A stretch of DNA of 64,000 nucleotides from Octopus vulgaris (taxonomy: Eukaryota): positions 51,770,001 to 51,834,000 of the forward strand of contig OX597830.1 of NCBI GenBank assembly GCA_951406725.2. Reading direction: 5' to 3'. The notes beneath the pieces are model-generated. The model had not been told where the DNA came from. It worked only from the letters and a program-made list of their open reading frames with translations, and ran no database searches. Shown one piece after another: positions 1 through 12,387 of the stretch. How positions within the stretch are numbered: position 1 is the first letter of the stretch; every line of letters begins with the position of its first letter. The position numbers and the translations under genes are program-made.

Positions 1-392
1 CATGTCTCTCACCTCGCCCCAGTTCTTGTCCACTGGGAGATCTGGACTTAACCTGACACCGAGTAACTTAGCAGGTCCATTCATCCAGCGCCCCACAACG
101 CTGTCGGTTGGCATGGGCCTGCTTCTCCAGGCGCCAAGCTGCAGGCCCACTGACATCTCCTGGTTGATCATTGCTGCTGTCACTGCTTCGTCTTCCCTTA
201 GGGTAGTGCCGACCATCACAATTTCCGAGATGTTTGACACTATCACAATGACGTCGTCCGCATACGCCGACAAGAACTTTCCGCATCCCAGTTCTCGCGG
301 GATGCCACCCTACATCTCCAGCTTCCGTAGTAATGGTTCGAGTGCCAGTACGTAAAGAAGGGTGAATGTGGGCATCCCTGACGGACCGAAAT
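1..392 (-). mobile_element. Tx1/L1-like non-LTR retrotransposon, reverse transcriptase fragment (frameshifted; runs off window start)
   Basis: Minus strand encodes SVRQGCP(H)SP (~360-392), then in another frame LYVLALEPLLRKL...SAYADDVIV (YADD at 253-264)...INQEMSVGLQLGAWR...GRWMNGPAKLLGV; collinear with the 56350-56838 RT fragment. Confidence 0.85.
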
Positions 393-419
393 CTGCCGCC
401 ATACTCCCTCGTTTTCGCT

Positions 420-975
420 ATGTAATGGATATCGTACCATATGTTTTTCAAGGCTTTTCCCACTTGGTCGCGTTTAGCATTTTCAAGCGTCCTTGTATTT
501 GTGTTTATACATCTGTAGACGACTGTTCGTTTCGCTGTTGCTCCCAGCATGTAGTGTGGAGCCATCAGTTCTGCCCTCCTTCCATTCATTTTCCTAAATT
601 CTGCCGCCTTGTTTAATTTTTCTACTTTGTTCCCCAATGAGAAGTTAATCCATTCCTTCACTGCCGTGATATCTGTGAACGTTCATTTCCCACCGCTAAG
701 TCCATTTTTATTGGGCGCTTCACACTCGCTTTCAATATTGTTTTGGGTGCTACTACAATTTCCATGTAGTGAGGAAGTCTTTACTCCTTCCTTCCTCTCT
801 TTCTTTCTGCATTTCCCTTCATTTCTTTCCTTGACTCTTCACTTCTCCTTGAACCTTCTTTTCTTCTTGCTGTCTGCTGCCAATCACGGTGAGGAGGAGG
901 GGACGTCCTCGTGCAAACTGCCGTGCAATCTTCCTTCCAAAATGGGGCTTTGCTTAACAGACGTCATCCCCTAGG
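420..975 (-). mobile_element. Possible decayed ORF1/5' region of the same Tx1-like element
   Basis: Non-microsatellite sequence directly upstream of the RT fragment with K/E-rich minus-strand reading; no diagnostic motif. Confidence 0.3.
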
Positions 976-1014
976 AAGGCAGCTGGTTTGAAAAACAATT
1001 TAACCAATAAAATA

Positions 1015-1150
1015 CCTTATTTACAGTTGACGGATATTTGTCCTCATCTTGTTTATTGTTAACCAAACATTTCGATTGATATACCTTCCTGGTTTCATTA
1101 GGTGCCTTGGGGAAATTTCGAACCTAGGTTCTCATTCCTAATGTATTTTT
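1015..1150 (-). mobile_element. Penelope-like terminal-repeat fragment with decayed hammerhead motif
   Basis: Minus strand 1062-1106: GGCAC-CTAATGA-AACCAGGAAGGTATATCAATC-GAAATGTT-TGGTT resembles CTGATGA..GAAACGTT with several substitutions. Confidence 0.4.
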
Positions 1151-1227
1151 AAGACCGCGGGCTACTAACCCCAAGATTCCGAGTTCGATTCCAGGCATTG
1201 ACCTGAATAATAATAATAATAATAATG

Positions 1228-1266
<39 letters not shown>

Positions 1267-1296
1267 GATGATGATGATGATGATGATGATGATAAA

Positions 1297-1935
1297 AGTG
1301 AATTAAAACTGGAAACGGATGCTTATATCTGTGCTCACAGAGCAAGCACTAAGAACCAACTACATCTAATACAGAATAGACAACACATCAGAAAGTGATA
1401 AACGCTGAATTTGTGGACAAAATGGTGAAACTTTATGGCACATTACCAGTCAATGTCAATGTACGCCACTAACCCGGAAAGAATACAAGAGACGTCATGA
1501 CGATATACCAAGAATTGTCCATTGGACACTTTGCAACATGTATTGACTTGACAGAGAAAAAAAGCGGTACGTATATATAAACCCGAAGGCATCACGGAAA
1601 ATGATAATGCAAAGATCCTTTTAGGATTTTAGGATTCAGTGCGACCATGAGATAGAAAATAGGAAGCCAGACATAGTCTTAATTGAGAGAGAAAGCAAAC
1701 GAAGCTGGATCATAGATATAGCGTGCCCAGCTGACAACAAGGTATGCGACAAGTAAGAAAGAAAATTCGATAGATACGACAGGTTAGCTTCAGAGATTAA
1801 GCAGTTGTGGTCGATGAAAAAGGTGGCAGTAGTACCAATAATTGTCGGAGCCCTGGGAACAGTGAGTAAAAATCTTGAGAAGTACATGGAACAAATATGG
1901 ACTGCAATAAGGGTGGAGCACTTGCAGGAAACAGC

Positions 1936-1936
<1 letters not shown>
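1297..1936 (+). mobile_element. Dong/R4-clade non-LTR retrotransposon 3' fragment (zinc knuckle + restriction-like endonuclease), decayed
   Basis: Translates across stops/frameshifts to EQALRTNYI..ICGQNGETLWHITSQC..YKRRHD..DFRIQCDHEIENRKPDIVLI..IIDIACPAD..VVPIIVGALGTV (PD..D motif at 1661-1729); flanked both sides by (TAA)n/(TGA)n, the known Dong target. Confidence 0.85.
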
Positions 1937-1978
<42 letters not shown>

Positions 1979-2010
1979 TGATGATGATGATGATGATAAT
2001 AATAATAATG

Positions 2011-2056
<46 letters not shown>

Positions 2057-2133
2057 TAATAAAAATGATAATAATAATAATAATGATAATGATGATGATG
2101 ATAATAATAATAATAATAATGATAATAAAAATG

Positions 2134-2167
<34 letters not shown>

Positions 2168-2178
2168 TAATAATAATG

Positions 2179-2251
<73 letters not shown>

Positions 2252-2317
2252 TAATAAAAATGATAATGATAATAATAATAATAGTAATAATAATGATAAT
2301 GATAATAATAATAATAA
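1936..2317. repeat. (TAA)n/(TGA)n microsatellite; further arrays at 1206-1293, 2868-3019, 3388-3520, 3634-3785
   Basis: Direct reading. Confidence 0.97.
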
Positions 2318-2867
2318 ATGCCCTGATGCAGTACCTGACAGTGGCTTCTGATCTTAACTGATTGGAAGTGTTATCATGTACATTGTTTTGTCTTGGTATA
2401 AAAGATGAGCTACAGCAAATATTCTGCTCAATACCACAGATTTGCTTGTCAGTTGTTTGACCTTAACCAGTTGACTTAATGTCACTTAATGGCTCACGAT
2501 ATGTGCATCTCTGATCATGAGCACAAGTAGTGGGAGAGCATCATAGCCGTGTGTTGAAAGGAATTCTTAGAGGTTGGATAATTCCCCTTTGGAAACATGG
2601 TGGGGTTCGTTCAACATCCTTAAACAATCTTTATTCAGGGACCTTTTGAGCGGGATGGGCTACTCGACCAGAAGAAAATTGTAACTGAGCCCCACCTGCA
2701 AGGTCATGCGCTGTTTATCTTGATATGAGATCACCATGTCGCGCACATATGGTTGTGATGCATGTGCCTGGTGTACCCTTATCAGACGGGTAGTCATGAT
2801 GGGTGTACTGGGCTTCGTATATTTTACCCCAGTGTCACTTTGATGGCGTGCACTGCTCTCTCGCTCA
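2318..2867. mobile_element. Unclassified ~550-bp interspersed element embedded in (TAA)n/(CAA)n arrays
   Basis: Complex sequence with sharp boundaries to trinucleotide arrays on both sides; no ORF motif; single copy in window. Confidence 0.4.
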
Positions 2868-2869
2868 AT

Positions 2870-2905
<36 letters not shown>

Positions 2906-2963
2906 AATAATAATAATAATGATAATAATAATAACAATAATAATAATAATAGTAATAATAATG

Positions 2964-3019
<56 letters not shown>

Positions 3020-3023
3020 CATA

Positions 3024-3386
3024 TCAAGAGCACTCCGAGAGCGCAAACTTTGCCAAGGCATCACCAACGTCCTCTCAACGAATAGCCAGAGATTATTTTT
3101 AAAATGTGAATATCTGAAATAAACTCGACTGCTCTCACAAACGAGAATGCTAAAAATGAGCCTCACTGCTCTCAAATATTAAGGGGAAAAAAACGAAAAA
3201 TTCATCAAGAATCTTCGTCCAGTACCGGATCGATCTCGAAATTTTATCCGTTCGTGCCAGTTACGAGGCCAAACATCCTTGATAGTTTGGTCCGAATCCA
3301 TCCTGCGTTTCTTGAAATATCTTGTCTACAGACAAACAAACAAACACGGCTGGAAAAAGTAAGTCCCCCTTCACTTAGGCGGAAGC

Positions 3387-3392
<6 letters not shown>
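3024..3392 (-). mobile_element. Helentron-associated non-autonomous element (HINE/DINE-1-like)
   Basis: Terminal hairpin GCACTC-C-GAGAGCGC, degenerate subterminal IR ending GGCGGAAG, internal (CAAA)n, A/T-rich ends; second copy at 7591-8562. Confidence 0.6.
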
Positions 3393-3452
<60 letters not shown>

Positions 3453-3641
3453 TAGAAGAAGAAGAAGAAGAAGAAGAAGAAGAAGAAGAAGAAGAAGAAT
3501 GAATGAATGAATGAATGAATGAAACATTCGTAGTGGATGTAAATCGATGACCGATGTGTCGTTCGCTCAATGTTTTATTCAACCAGCCATTTCTCTTTTA
3601 CAGAAGATCTGAATAATATCATTCCGACGCTAAATATTATT

Positions 3642-3712
<71 letters not shown>

Positions 3713-3718
3713 TATCAC

Positions 3719-3767
<49 letters not shown>

Positions 3768-4543
3768 TTCATCAACATCATCATCGAATAACTACACAGA
3801 ACGAGTGGATATATTTATTGAACAACTGCGTGTGTTTTCTACAATCATTCTTTTTATGGAGTAGAGAAATGTTTTGTTTTTTTCTTGCTTTGTGCGGGGT
3901 TTAGGACCGTATCGAATCTACACTTGGATTCCATATTTCAATATGGCGCTCTTCTTCTATTTGCATCCAAAAAGCTTTAGAATGTTAGTTACATATTTCA
4001 ATAGGAGTAATAGATAGTGACAACAACGACGACGACGACGACGACGACGACGACAACAACAACAACAACAACAGTAGCAGCAACGTTAATGCCAACAATA
4101 ATAAAGACAGCAGCCAAAAAGATTCTTGGACTAAACCATACTCTGTAGAATACTATTCTTTCTTCAACCAATAAGATCTAAAGGAACCGTAGCAGACAAA
4201 AAGGAAAAAAGTAAAAATAGGAATGAGGAACAGCATATTTCTATGATAATATATTTGAATTGCAGTTGGTAGAAACGTATTTTGACGAAATTCTAGATAA
4301 TATTTGCATCCTATTAGTATATCTCAAGCAGAAATGAACAGCCTGTAAAAATGGTTTATAAATATTGAAATATATATATTACGGTCTTCCATATTTGATT
4401 TCTATTCATCGTAGCAAATAATGCTACACCTCATTCTGCTATAGTTATAACTATTTATATATCTTGTGTTTATTGCTGCCGCCATTGGTTTCGTTATTTT
4501 GTTCTTGTTGTTGATGTTGAGGTATTGTTGGTATTGATGTTAA

Positions 4544-4765
4544 TGGCAGAACCGTTAGCACGCCGGGCGAAATGCGTAGCCGTATTTCGTCTGCCGTTAC
4601 GTTCTGGGTTCAAATTCCGCCGAGGTCCACTTTGCCTTTCATCCTTTCGGGGTCGATAAATTCAGTACCAGTTACGCCCTGGGGTCGATGTAATCGACTT
4701 AATACCTATCTCTGTCCTTGTTTGTCCCTTCTGTGTTTAGCCCCTTGTGGGCAGTAAAGAAATAG
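4544..4765 (+). mobile_element. tRNA-derived SINE family A; other copies 4877-5092 +, 5105-5240 +, 8977-9100 +, 43230-43315 -, 45300-45410 -, 53115-53230 -
   Basis: A-box-like TGGCAGAACCGTTAG, B-box GGTTCAAATTCC, shared body GCCTTTCATCCTTTCGGGGTCGATAAA..AGTACCAG; many near-identical copies in window. Confidence 0.85.
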
Positions 4766-6098
4766 CTAATATTGTCGCTGTTGTTGATGATGTCGTTGTT
4801 GTTTTTGTTGTTGCTGCTGTTGTGATTGTTTCAGTTTTATTTCTTGCTGCTCTTATTATTACTTCTCTTGTTTAAAGCGGCGAGCTAGCAGAACAGTTAG
4901 CAAGGTGGGGGAAATGCTTAGCGGCATTTCGTCCGTCTTTACGTTCTGAGTTCAAATTCCGGCGAGATCAACCTTGGCTTTCATCCTTTTGGTAGTCGAT
5001 AAAATAAGTACCAGGTGCACACAGGGGTCGATATAATCGATTAGCCCAACCTCCAAAATATCAGGTATTGTGCCTTTAGTAGGAAGGATTATTGCAGATG
5101 TTCTTTCAAATTCCGCCGAGGTTGACGTTGCTTTTCATCCCCACGGCGACGATAAAATAAGTACCAGATGAATACTGTGGTCGGTGTAACCGACTTACTG
5201 CTCCTTTAAAATGGCGAGCCCTTTGCCAACATTCGAAACAATTATTACTCTTGTTGTTTTGCTACTGCTGTATGCTGTGCTATTTTACCTACTTCAGTAG
5301 CAACAGATATAGTACTAGTAAGTGTAGTAGCAGTAATAGCAGCAGCAACAACAGCCGTTCAAGAATTTGGACATGGAGATCTCCATTTTCAGCGACTTCG
5401 AGGGCCACTACCCCAGTGGTGCCGGGCGTCAACGAAGAGCCCTCGACTACAACAAGACGACCAAAGTTTTTTTTTTCCGGGGTCTGGGGTCTCCCGCCCC
5501 TAAGCCCTAGACGATCACCTAATAATCCCTTACCGGTCATGTTGCTTAACAACAACAACAACAACAACAGCAAAAACAAGTGCTTCAGCAGTGGCTATAA
5601 CTGTAAGAGTGGTAGTAATAGTAGTAGCAACGACACTTGCTCGGACTGTCTATTTTATTCCTACTCGGCCAATAATTAGTACAAGTATTACATAAATGAT
5701 CACTACCCCTACCACATTTCTACTGAATTCAATCACTGTTTTGCGATTCTAGGTTTGAGTTCTTTTACACAATCATAACGAACCCGGTAGATATCTGCTG
5801 AATCTCAACTTCATAGATCTCTTAATATAGAACTACTATTTTAAGAGTTTTGACCTAAAGGAACACAGTTTGATACTCTTCTACAGAGGCAAACAGAACC
5901 AGACACTCATATATCTGTGTGTGTTGGTGGGGGGAAGGCATGTTTAGGTATACTTATATGTAAGTATACGCATATATGCATGTATGTATTTATACAAACG
6001 TGTATATATATACATACATATATACTTACATATATATATATATACATACTAATACATACATACATATATATATATACATGCATATATATATATAAATG

Positions 6099-6134
<36 letters not shown>

Positions 6135-6242
6135 CGTATGTATATATATATATATATATATATAGACATACATAGATATATACATACATATATATATATA
6201 TATATATAAATGCGTATATATATATGCATGTATGTATGTATA

Positions 6243-6274
<32 letters not shown>

Positions 6275-6316
6275 CATATATATATATACACATACATACA
6301 TACATACATACATACA

Positions 6317-6350
<34 letters not shown>

Positions 6351-6479
6351 CATACATACATACATACATATATATATAAAAGCAAAAACATTCGAATGTT
6401 CACACACGAACTGATATATCACTACTGTTAATATCATCTGCAGTGAATAGTTTTAAGTGACAGTATCAGCAACAGTAGT

Positions 6480-7030
6480 ATAAGCGGTGCAACAGGTCTA
6501 ATAGCATTACATAACTATAAAAGTTTAAATTAGCACAAAGCATGAGGATGCAGAGACCACATCGCCCTGTTTAGAAATAGGAGCTAAATTCCTAATTCAA
6601 CCACCGGAAAGCACCAAATAACAGATAAACAACGGTAGGCGAGGGAACGGATAAATAATTAAGGCATTAAAAAAGCACACCTTTAAAGAATGTACCGTTC
6701 AGATAACATGGTTTCGGGTTCTGGCTCGAGGGCCTCAACCTTCTTCAGCATAAGTCACTGGTAAAAATTCTAAGTCTGCTTGTGTTACGGCTGGTTTTGC
6801 GCCAAATCCCGTCCAGAGCAAATCTATCTAACTTTAGGGCAAATGTAGAAGTTTTTCGTTATGGTCCTTAGGGTAATCTTTTGATTACATGGGTACGAAA
6901 GGTTCAGTTCTATCCTGGATGTGAAATTGGTGCATAGTTTTCTTGGTTTCAAGGTTTATTCGCCCTGGTTGATCTGACGTGGGTAAATTTAGTAAACTCA
7001 TCTTAGATAAATATATACCTATAACGAGGG
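6480..7030 (-). mobile_element. Penelope-like terminal-repeat family member with hammerhead-like core; homologous segment at 13900-14080
   Basis: 6520-6690 aligns with 13900-14075 (TTTAGAAATAGG.GCTAAATT, AACCACCGGAA.GCA.CAAATA, TTAAAAAAGCA); minus strand 6705-6752 CTGAAGA-AGGTT..AACCC-GAAACCATGTT. Confidence 0.5.
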
Positions 7031-7070
7031 AAAAAAATAATCTTTAATTATGGTCTAATACCTGCAAAGT

Positions 7071-7159
7071 AGAAGAAGAAGAAGAAGAAGAAGAAGAAGA
7101 AGAAGAAGAAGAAGAAGAAGAAGAAGAAGAAGAAGAAGAAGAAGAAGAAGAAGAAGAAG
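7071..7159. repeat. (GAA)n microsatellite; larger array at 53468-53800
   Basis: Direct reading. Confidence 0.97.
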
Positions 7160-7590
7160 GTAGCAAGACACAATATCAATCCAAAAAGGAAGAATTCAAA
7201 TGTCACTGATAGTGACTGAGGATGGATTGCAGCACATACATTGCTAGAAATAAGAGTAAAAACCCCTATAACCACAAACAGAGCACAAGTCTATGTAATG
7301 ACAGGGGAGGTAACCGCCCCACAGACTTGTTTTACGTTTTTCGTTATAATGATCTTTGATTCTTATTTCTAAGCAGTGTATGCGCTACAATGCATCCTTA
7401 GTCACTATCAGCGACTATTTATATATTAATATATATTTATGCGTGTATATATATATATATGTGTGTGTATGTATGTATGTATGTATGTATGTATGTATGT
7501 ATGTATGTATGTATGTATGTATGTATGTATGTATGTATGTATGTTTGTATGTATTGTATGAGACACCTCTGCTTCAAAAGAAATTAAAGC

Positions 7591-8562
7591 AAACAAGAGC
7601 ACTCAGAGAGCGCAAAGCACCACCAAGGTGGTGCAAACGTCTACTTATCGATTAGCCTGAGATGATTTGTTTTTTAATGAAAATATCTGAAATAAACTCG
7701 ACTGCTCTCACAAACGAGAATACTAACAATGAACCCGACCTCTCTCAGAAATTAATTGAAAAAACCGGGAAAATAATCCACAATCACTGTCTCATACCTG
7801 ATCGATCCCAATAGTAGTCTTGGAATGTGAAGGTGGGTGTACGGACCGCGTTTGTTATGCTGTGTGCGTGTCGTCTGCAGTGGGAACAGGGACGGTTTTC
7901 TCTTTGAAGGCCTTTTTCAGTCTATCCACTGATATAGTGTCTTTACGACCATTAAGGTCTATAGTGAAAAATTCATCGGTGCGTGAAAGAAAACGAAAAG
8001 AACCTGTATATGGTGCTGCTAACATAGGTTTAACATCATTGCGCACAGAAACGTGAGCCCAAGAAGTAAAGCTTCCTTCAAGGCAGAGCTACAAATGGAA
8101 TTGTCAAGTAGGTAAGAGGTTTTAAACAGGAGCGATATACTCAAAATTGGTTAAAATATAAATTGTCGAGAATAAATTAGATTTATTATTGTAACTGAAT
8201 ATGTTAGTGTTATTTAATTTCTGAACAGTTTTGCTGCCGTTTGTTTAATAGAGAAACGAAAAGAAAACTTTGGAAACAGCAACGCCACCATAGCTTACGT
8301 GGAAGCTATGAGCGTGCTTTCAAGGGAGATGATCAGAGAAAGACTTGAAAGAACGTAAGATCGTATTACATCATGAAAGTAAAGTAAATATAAAAAACAA
8401 TAATCCTCAATCCTTAGCTGGAACCTGATCGATACCAAAATTTAATCAGTTCGTACCAGTCACGAGGCCAAACATCCCTGAATCCATCCATCAGATCTTG
8501 AGATATCTTGTCCACGGATAAACAAACAAACACGACTGAAAACAATACCTCCACATTTACTA
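7591..8562 (-). mobile_element. HINE/DINE-1-like element (7591-7813 + 8395-8562) interrupted by foreign sequence
   Basis: Both parts align in order with 3024-3392 (AACAAGAGCACTCAGAGAGCGC..AAACTCGACTGCTCTCACAAACGAGAAT; CAGTCACGAGGCCAAACATCC..AAACAAACAAACACG). Confidence 0.65.
7820..8075 (-). mobile_element. Gypsy/Ty3 LTR-retrotransposon integrase C-terminal (GPY/F) fragment
   Basis: LAAPYTGSFRFLSRTDEFFTIDLNGRKDTISVDRLKKAF matches the GPY/F...S.DRLK.A module of Gypsy integrases. Confidence 0.75.
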
Positions 8563-9820
8563 AACGATGCAGACACGCAAACATGCCGCCACACTTTTCC
8601 GATGCAACTTTTTCTCTGACAATTTGTCAAATGATGAAGACGAAAAGAATGTACCTAGTTACAAAAATAAATTAATTAATTAAATTAACATTTTGTGATG
8701 ACCAAGAAGAGGCAGAAATGCAACAAGACATGCTGTACACTTATTGGACCATACCAATAAACGATAGAGTAGAGTTTATTACTTATCTTAGAATTATTAG
8801 GAATGCTATGAATATACACGATAGAGTAATTTATTAAATGAATGATTGGAGGAAACCTGTCGCATGAATGTATCAAAGAATGTTAGCTCACACTTAACTG
8901 TTTTGTTCTCATACAGAGTGTGTCCCTTGATGTTTTCCCTTAGCCATCCTTAAACGTTTGATATTTTTGTGCTCTTATCCTTTCGGGGTCGATAAATTAA
9001 GTACCAGTTACGCACTGGGGTCGATATAATCGACTTAATCCGTTTGTCTGTCCTTGTTTGTTCTCTTTGTGTTTAGCCCCTTGTGGGTAGTAAAGAAATA
9101 GATATTTTTGTGCCCTTAGCTATACCTCCCATCTACTTGTACAACCAAATTCCTCTTTGACATAAATTTTATCATTCTTTATTTATTGCCTCTCAAAACT
9201 TTCCTAAGTGTTCTATTCTGAAATTAGAACCACTTAAAGTTGACCTTTCAAGATCTCATTAAAAGGTCGATGAAGTCAGCGTTTTGATGACAGTCATAGG
9301 AAATTGGTTATACATTCTCTTAATTTTCATGACCGTCTCCTCTATTTACGCAAGGTGTTATTGCAATTACGCATCGTTGTCGTATGTACTGGGTATAGAT
9401 TAAGTAAAAACAGTTTGAGCAAACATGAGACGACAAAAAATAGAACAGCGAATGCATTGCATACAACCTGGAACTAATACTACTAATGCCTTAGAAAAGC
9501 AAAAAAGTCAGCATAAAAAGGCGCATATGATTAACGTGGCACTAATATGTGAGATAGCGAAGAGGATAGAAATGATCGCCGTGATTTAAAATACAATTAC
9601 AAAAAGGTGAAAATCGTGAACTTCATAATACTATTCCTTCTATACGAGTCGTATAGGTACGATGCTGCTCTGTCGGTACGTTATATAAATATACACATAT
9701 ACTTATACCTATGCGCACACACGCACACACATACATATCTATCTATATATATATAAGTGTGTGTGTGTGCATGTGTGTGTGCCTTTACTTTTGAACATTC
9801 GTCATGTGTGAATATAAAAT

Positions 9821-10161
9821 TGACGAAATTGTAGTGAATAAGGAGTAGGTTGTACATTTAATTTGTAATCACTATAATTGTTTCCACACAATGCAGTTCT
9901 ATAAAAATACAGGTATTTGATTATTCAACTGTCTGTTTGCATAATGAGACCTAGTTGTGTTTCCTCAGGTGATATCCGTCTGTCTTGGTTTTAATTTCGA
10001 AAATCTCACCTGAGGAAACACAACTAGATCTCATTATTCAAACAAACAGTTGCATAATCGAATACCTGTATTTTTTGTGAGGTACATTGTTGGGAAATAA
10101 TTGTAGTGATTAAAAAACAACTGTCCAACCGTACCCTTTGTTGCTGACTCCAATTTCTTCA
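9821..10161. repeat. Long imperfect inverted repeat (core arms 9903-9972 / 10006-10075, 33-nt spacer)
   Basis: Arms are reverse complements with about 5 mismatches in the 70-bp core and weaker pairing for ~80 bp further out. Confidence 0.85.
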
Positions 10162-10744
10162 GCTTGTTAGCGATTTGTTTCCTCTGTCTTCCTATTCTTT
10201 TGGAGTTTCCATTGTTCCCTGTTTTTGAAGAAGAACTTTGCTGGAAACGTAAAAAAACCCTTTGTTTCCTTGCCTGAGTGTCTTATCAATACTCTGCATT
10301 TATCACATCCTCGCGTTTTCGGTGGATTTTTTTTATTTATTTATTTCTCTGCTATTTTCTTTTATTACTTATAGAAACAACTGTAAAGCACTACATCACA
10401 AGGCAAACCACAAACCGAGAGAAAAACATTAATAGATAACAGATCTATCCTATTCAGAAAAGCACAAGGAAATTCGATGTTAGTAGTAATTATGACAATG
10501 AATAGCAATATAACACTAAAAACACCCATAATAACCGCTAATGAATACAATAAGACTAACAGTAATCATAATGTACACAAATAACACTATACACACCCTT
10601 ATTATACCCAAATGAGACAAAACACACATGATATACACAGAGACGAAAGGCACACAGTATATAATATATTGCAAGTCTGGTAAGCAACCACAACATAAAC
10701 CGAGAAAAGGGTATAAATACTATGTGAAGGAAAAGCTGAAGAAA

Positions 10745-11310
10745 CTAGATATGAACAAATTATTAGGAAACTGATGTTCTGAATCGGAACAAATGGTGAG
10801 GTGCAGTTACGGCTGGTTGCAACATTTGTGAGTTAAAGATGATTCAACATTTTAACCTTGAGCAACCTGTCGCAAAGGAACGATTGGAACTGAAATCAAC
10901 AGTGAATATTGGATATGTGGTATGTGCGATCGTTTTCTGTTTTCAAAAGCAGGATGCGTGAATTATATGAAGTCATATGACAATCGAAATGCCCAGGTAG
11001 GTAATAATCTTGAAGACAATCCACCTCCTACGACTTGTGTCATATGCCGCAAAACTTCTAAGACAATATCTGGACTTAAAGAAGACATATGCAAAGGTGT
11101 AGAAGAAACTTGAATAATATCTATTTTAAATCCTGTCAGTCAGCAACTGGTCTTAAAAGCAAGGTTGGGGGTTGTGGTGTGTGATGAGGTGTAGAGAACG
11201 TGTTGATGGGTTGGTTATCTTCTGTCAAGATGAAGCAATCATCATTTGTATGTATGACTAAATGAAAGACTGCATGAGCATTTGAGACAATATGACGACA
11301 AAAACAAAAC
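10745..11310 (+). mobile_element. RTE-clade LINE 3' end with C2H2-like zinc fingers, decayed
   Basis: ETDVLNRNKW*GAVTAG (WE..A.DR..WR..V..G-like), WICGMCDRFLFSKAGCVNYMKSY, TCVICRKTSKTISGLK..RHM. Confidence 0.6.
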
Positions 11311-11554
11311 GGTCCCCCATACTCTAGAAACACACCAAGGACCAACATGGTGGTAACTGCTCTAGATATAGAAGCAGAAACTGAAATAGGATACAAAGAG
11401 CTTGTGACAAAGCAAACAGAGTGAACACATGGATTTGGTTTGCAAGATTCTTTATGTGAGTTCGGGTGTTGAAGTATATTCCGTTGTGTCTGGGAAGAGT
11501 CATTTTCTTTCTGTGTAGTGGTCATTAAGCAGCTGTCAAATCGTACTCCATCTT

Positions 11555-11625
<71 letters not shown>

Positions 11626-11627
<2 letters not shown>

Positions 11628-11760
11628 CACCGTCACCGTGACACCAGGCTATCAGATGTTGCTACACATCGCTATTCACAATGCGCTTCGCATTGTTTTA
11701 GCCTTCAAATGACGCCACCCACTGGCTAAGCGGGCAGGCCAATATATATATGTGTGTGTC

Positions 11761-11793
<33 letters not shown>

Positions 11794-11794
11794 G

Positions 11795-11829
<35 letters not shown>

Positions 11830-11836
11830 GTATGTG

Positions 11837-11887
<51 letters not shown>

Positions 11888-11889
11888 GC

Positions 11890-11922
<33 letters not shown>

Positions 11923-12282
11923 CTTGCTCTAATCAATAAGCACCTGGACCGTTGCCATAGTAATGAAGCCAAAGCATGCATTGTGAAGCTGCTTGCCACA
12001 GATTGATTTTGAATTCTATTGTGCATGTGCACTAAGATTTAGTGTTCTAGCTCCCTAGAGGCCTACGCCAAGCTTTCGGAAAGTTTTCATTGTTCTCGCC
12101 ATAATCAGGGAGATGTGAAAGTGAAACCCGTGTGTCCTTTCAGATACGTACAACTCATTTTTGCCCGGTGAGTGCGAACTCGAAACGTGTTTTGTTCAAA
12201 GACACAACTCGTCACCGGGAATCGAACCCTCGACCTGACGATCGTGAGCTAATTACACTCAACCCTAAGCCACGTTTCTCCA
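11626..12282 (-). mobile_element. tRNA-derived SINE (head 12125-12282, probable tail 11626-11742) interrupted by (TA)n and a mariner-MITE fragment (11929-12110)
   Basis: Minus-strand B-box GGTTCGATTCCC and A-box-like TGGCTTAGGGTT; 11929-11985 matches the left TIR region of the 54098-55005 element. Confidence 0.55.
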
Positions 12283-12326
12283 CTCTCATATACACACCTA
12301 CGCATTCCCGCATGCACACACACACA

Positions 12327-12387
<61 letters not shown>

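Noticed and set aside
5907-6437. Long ORFs of YI/CV/HT/poly-I/N/E/K type here and throughout (e.g. 1897-2361, 24648-25385, 46112-46834, 53276-53909)
   Set aside because: Translations of microsatellites that lack stop codons; not genes
10880-11100. Host C2H2 zinc-finger gene
   Set aside because: Fingers are degenerate, lack TGEKP linkers and follow an RTE-type C-terminal motif with stops
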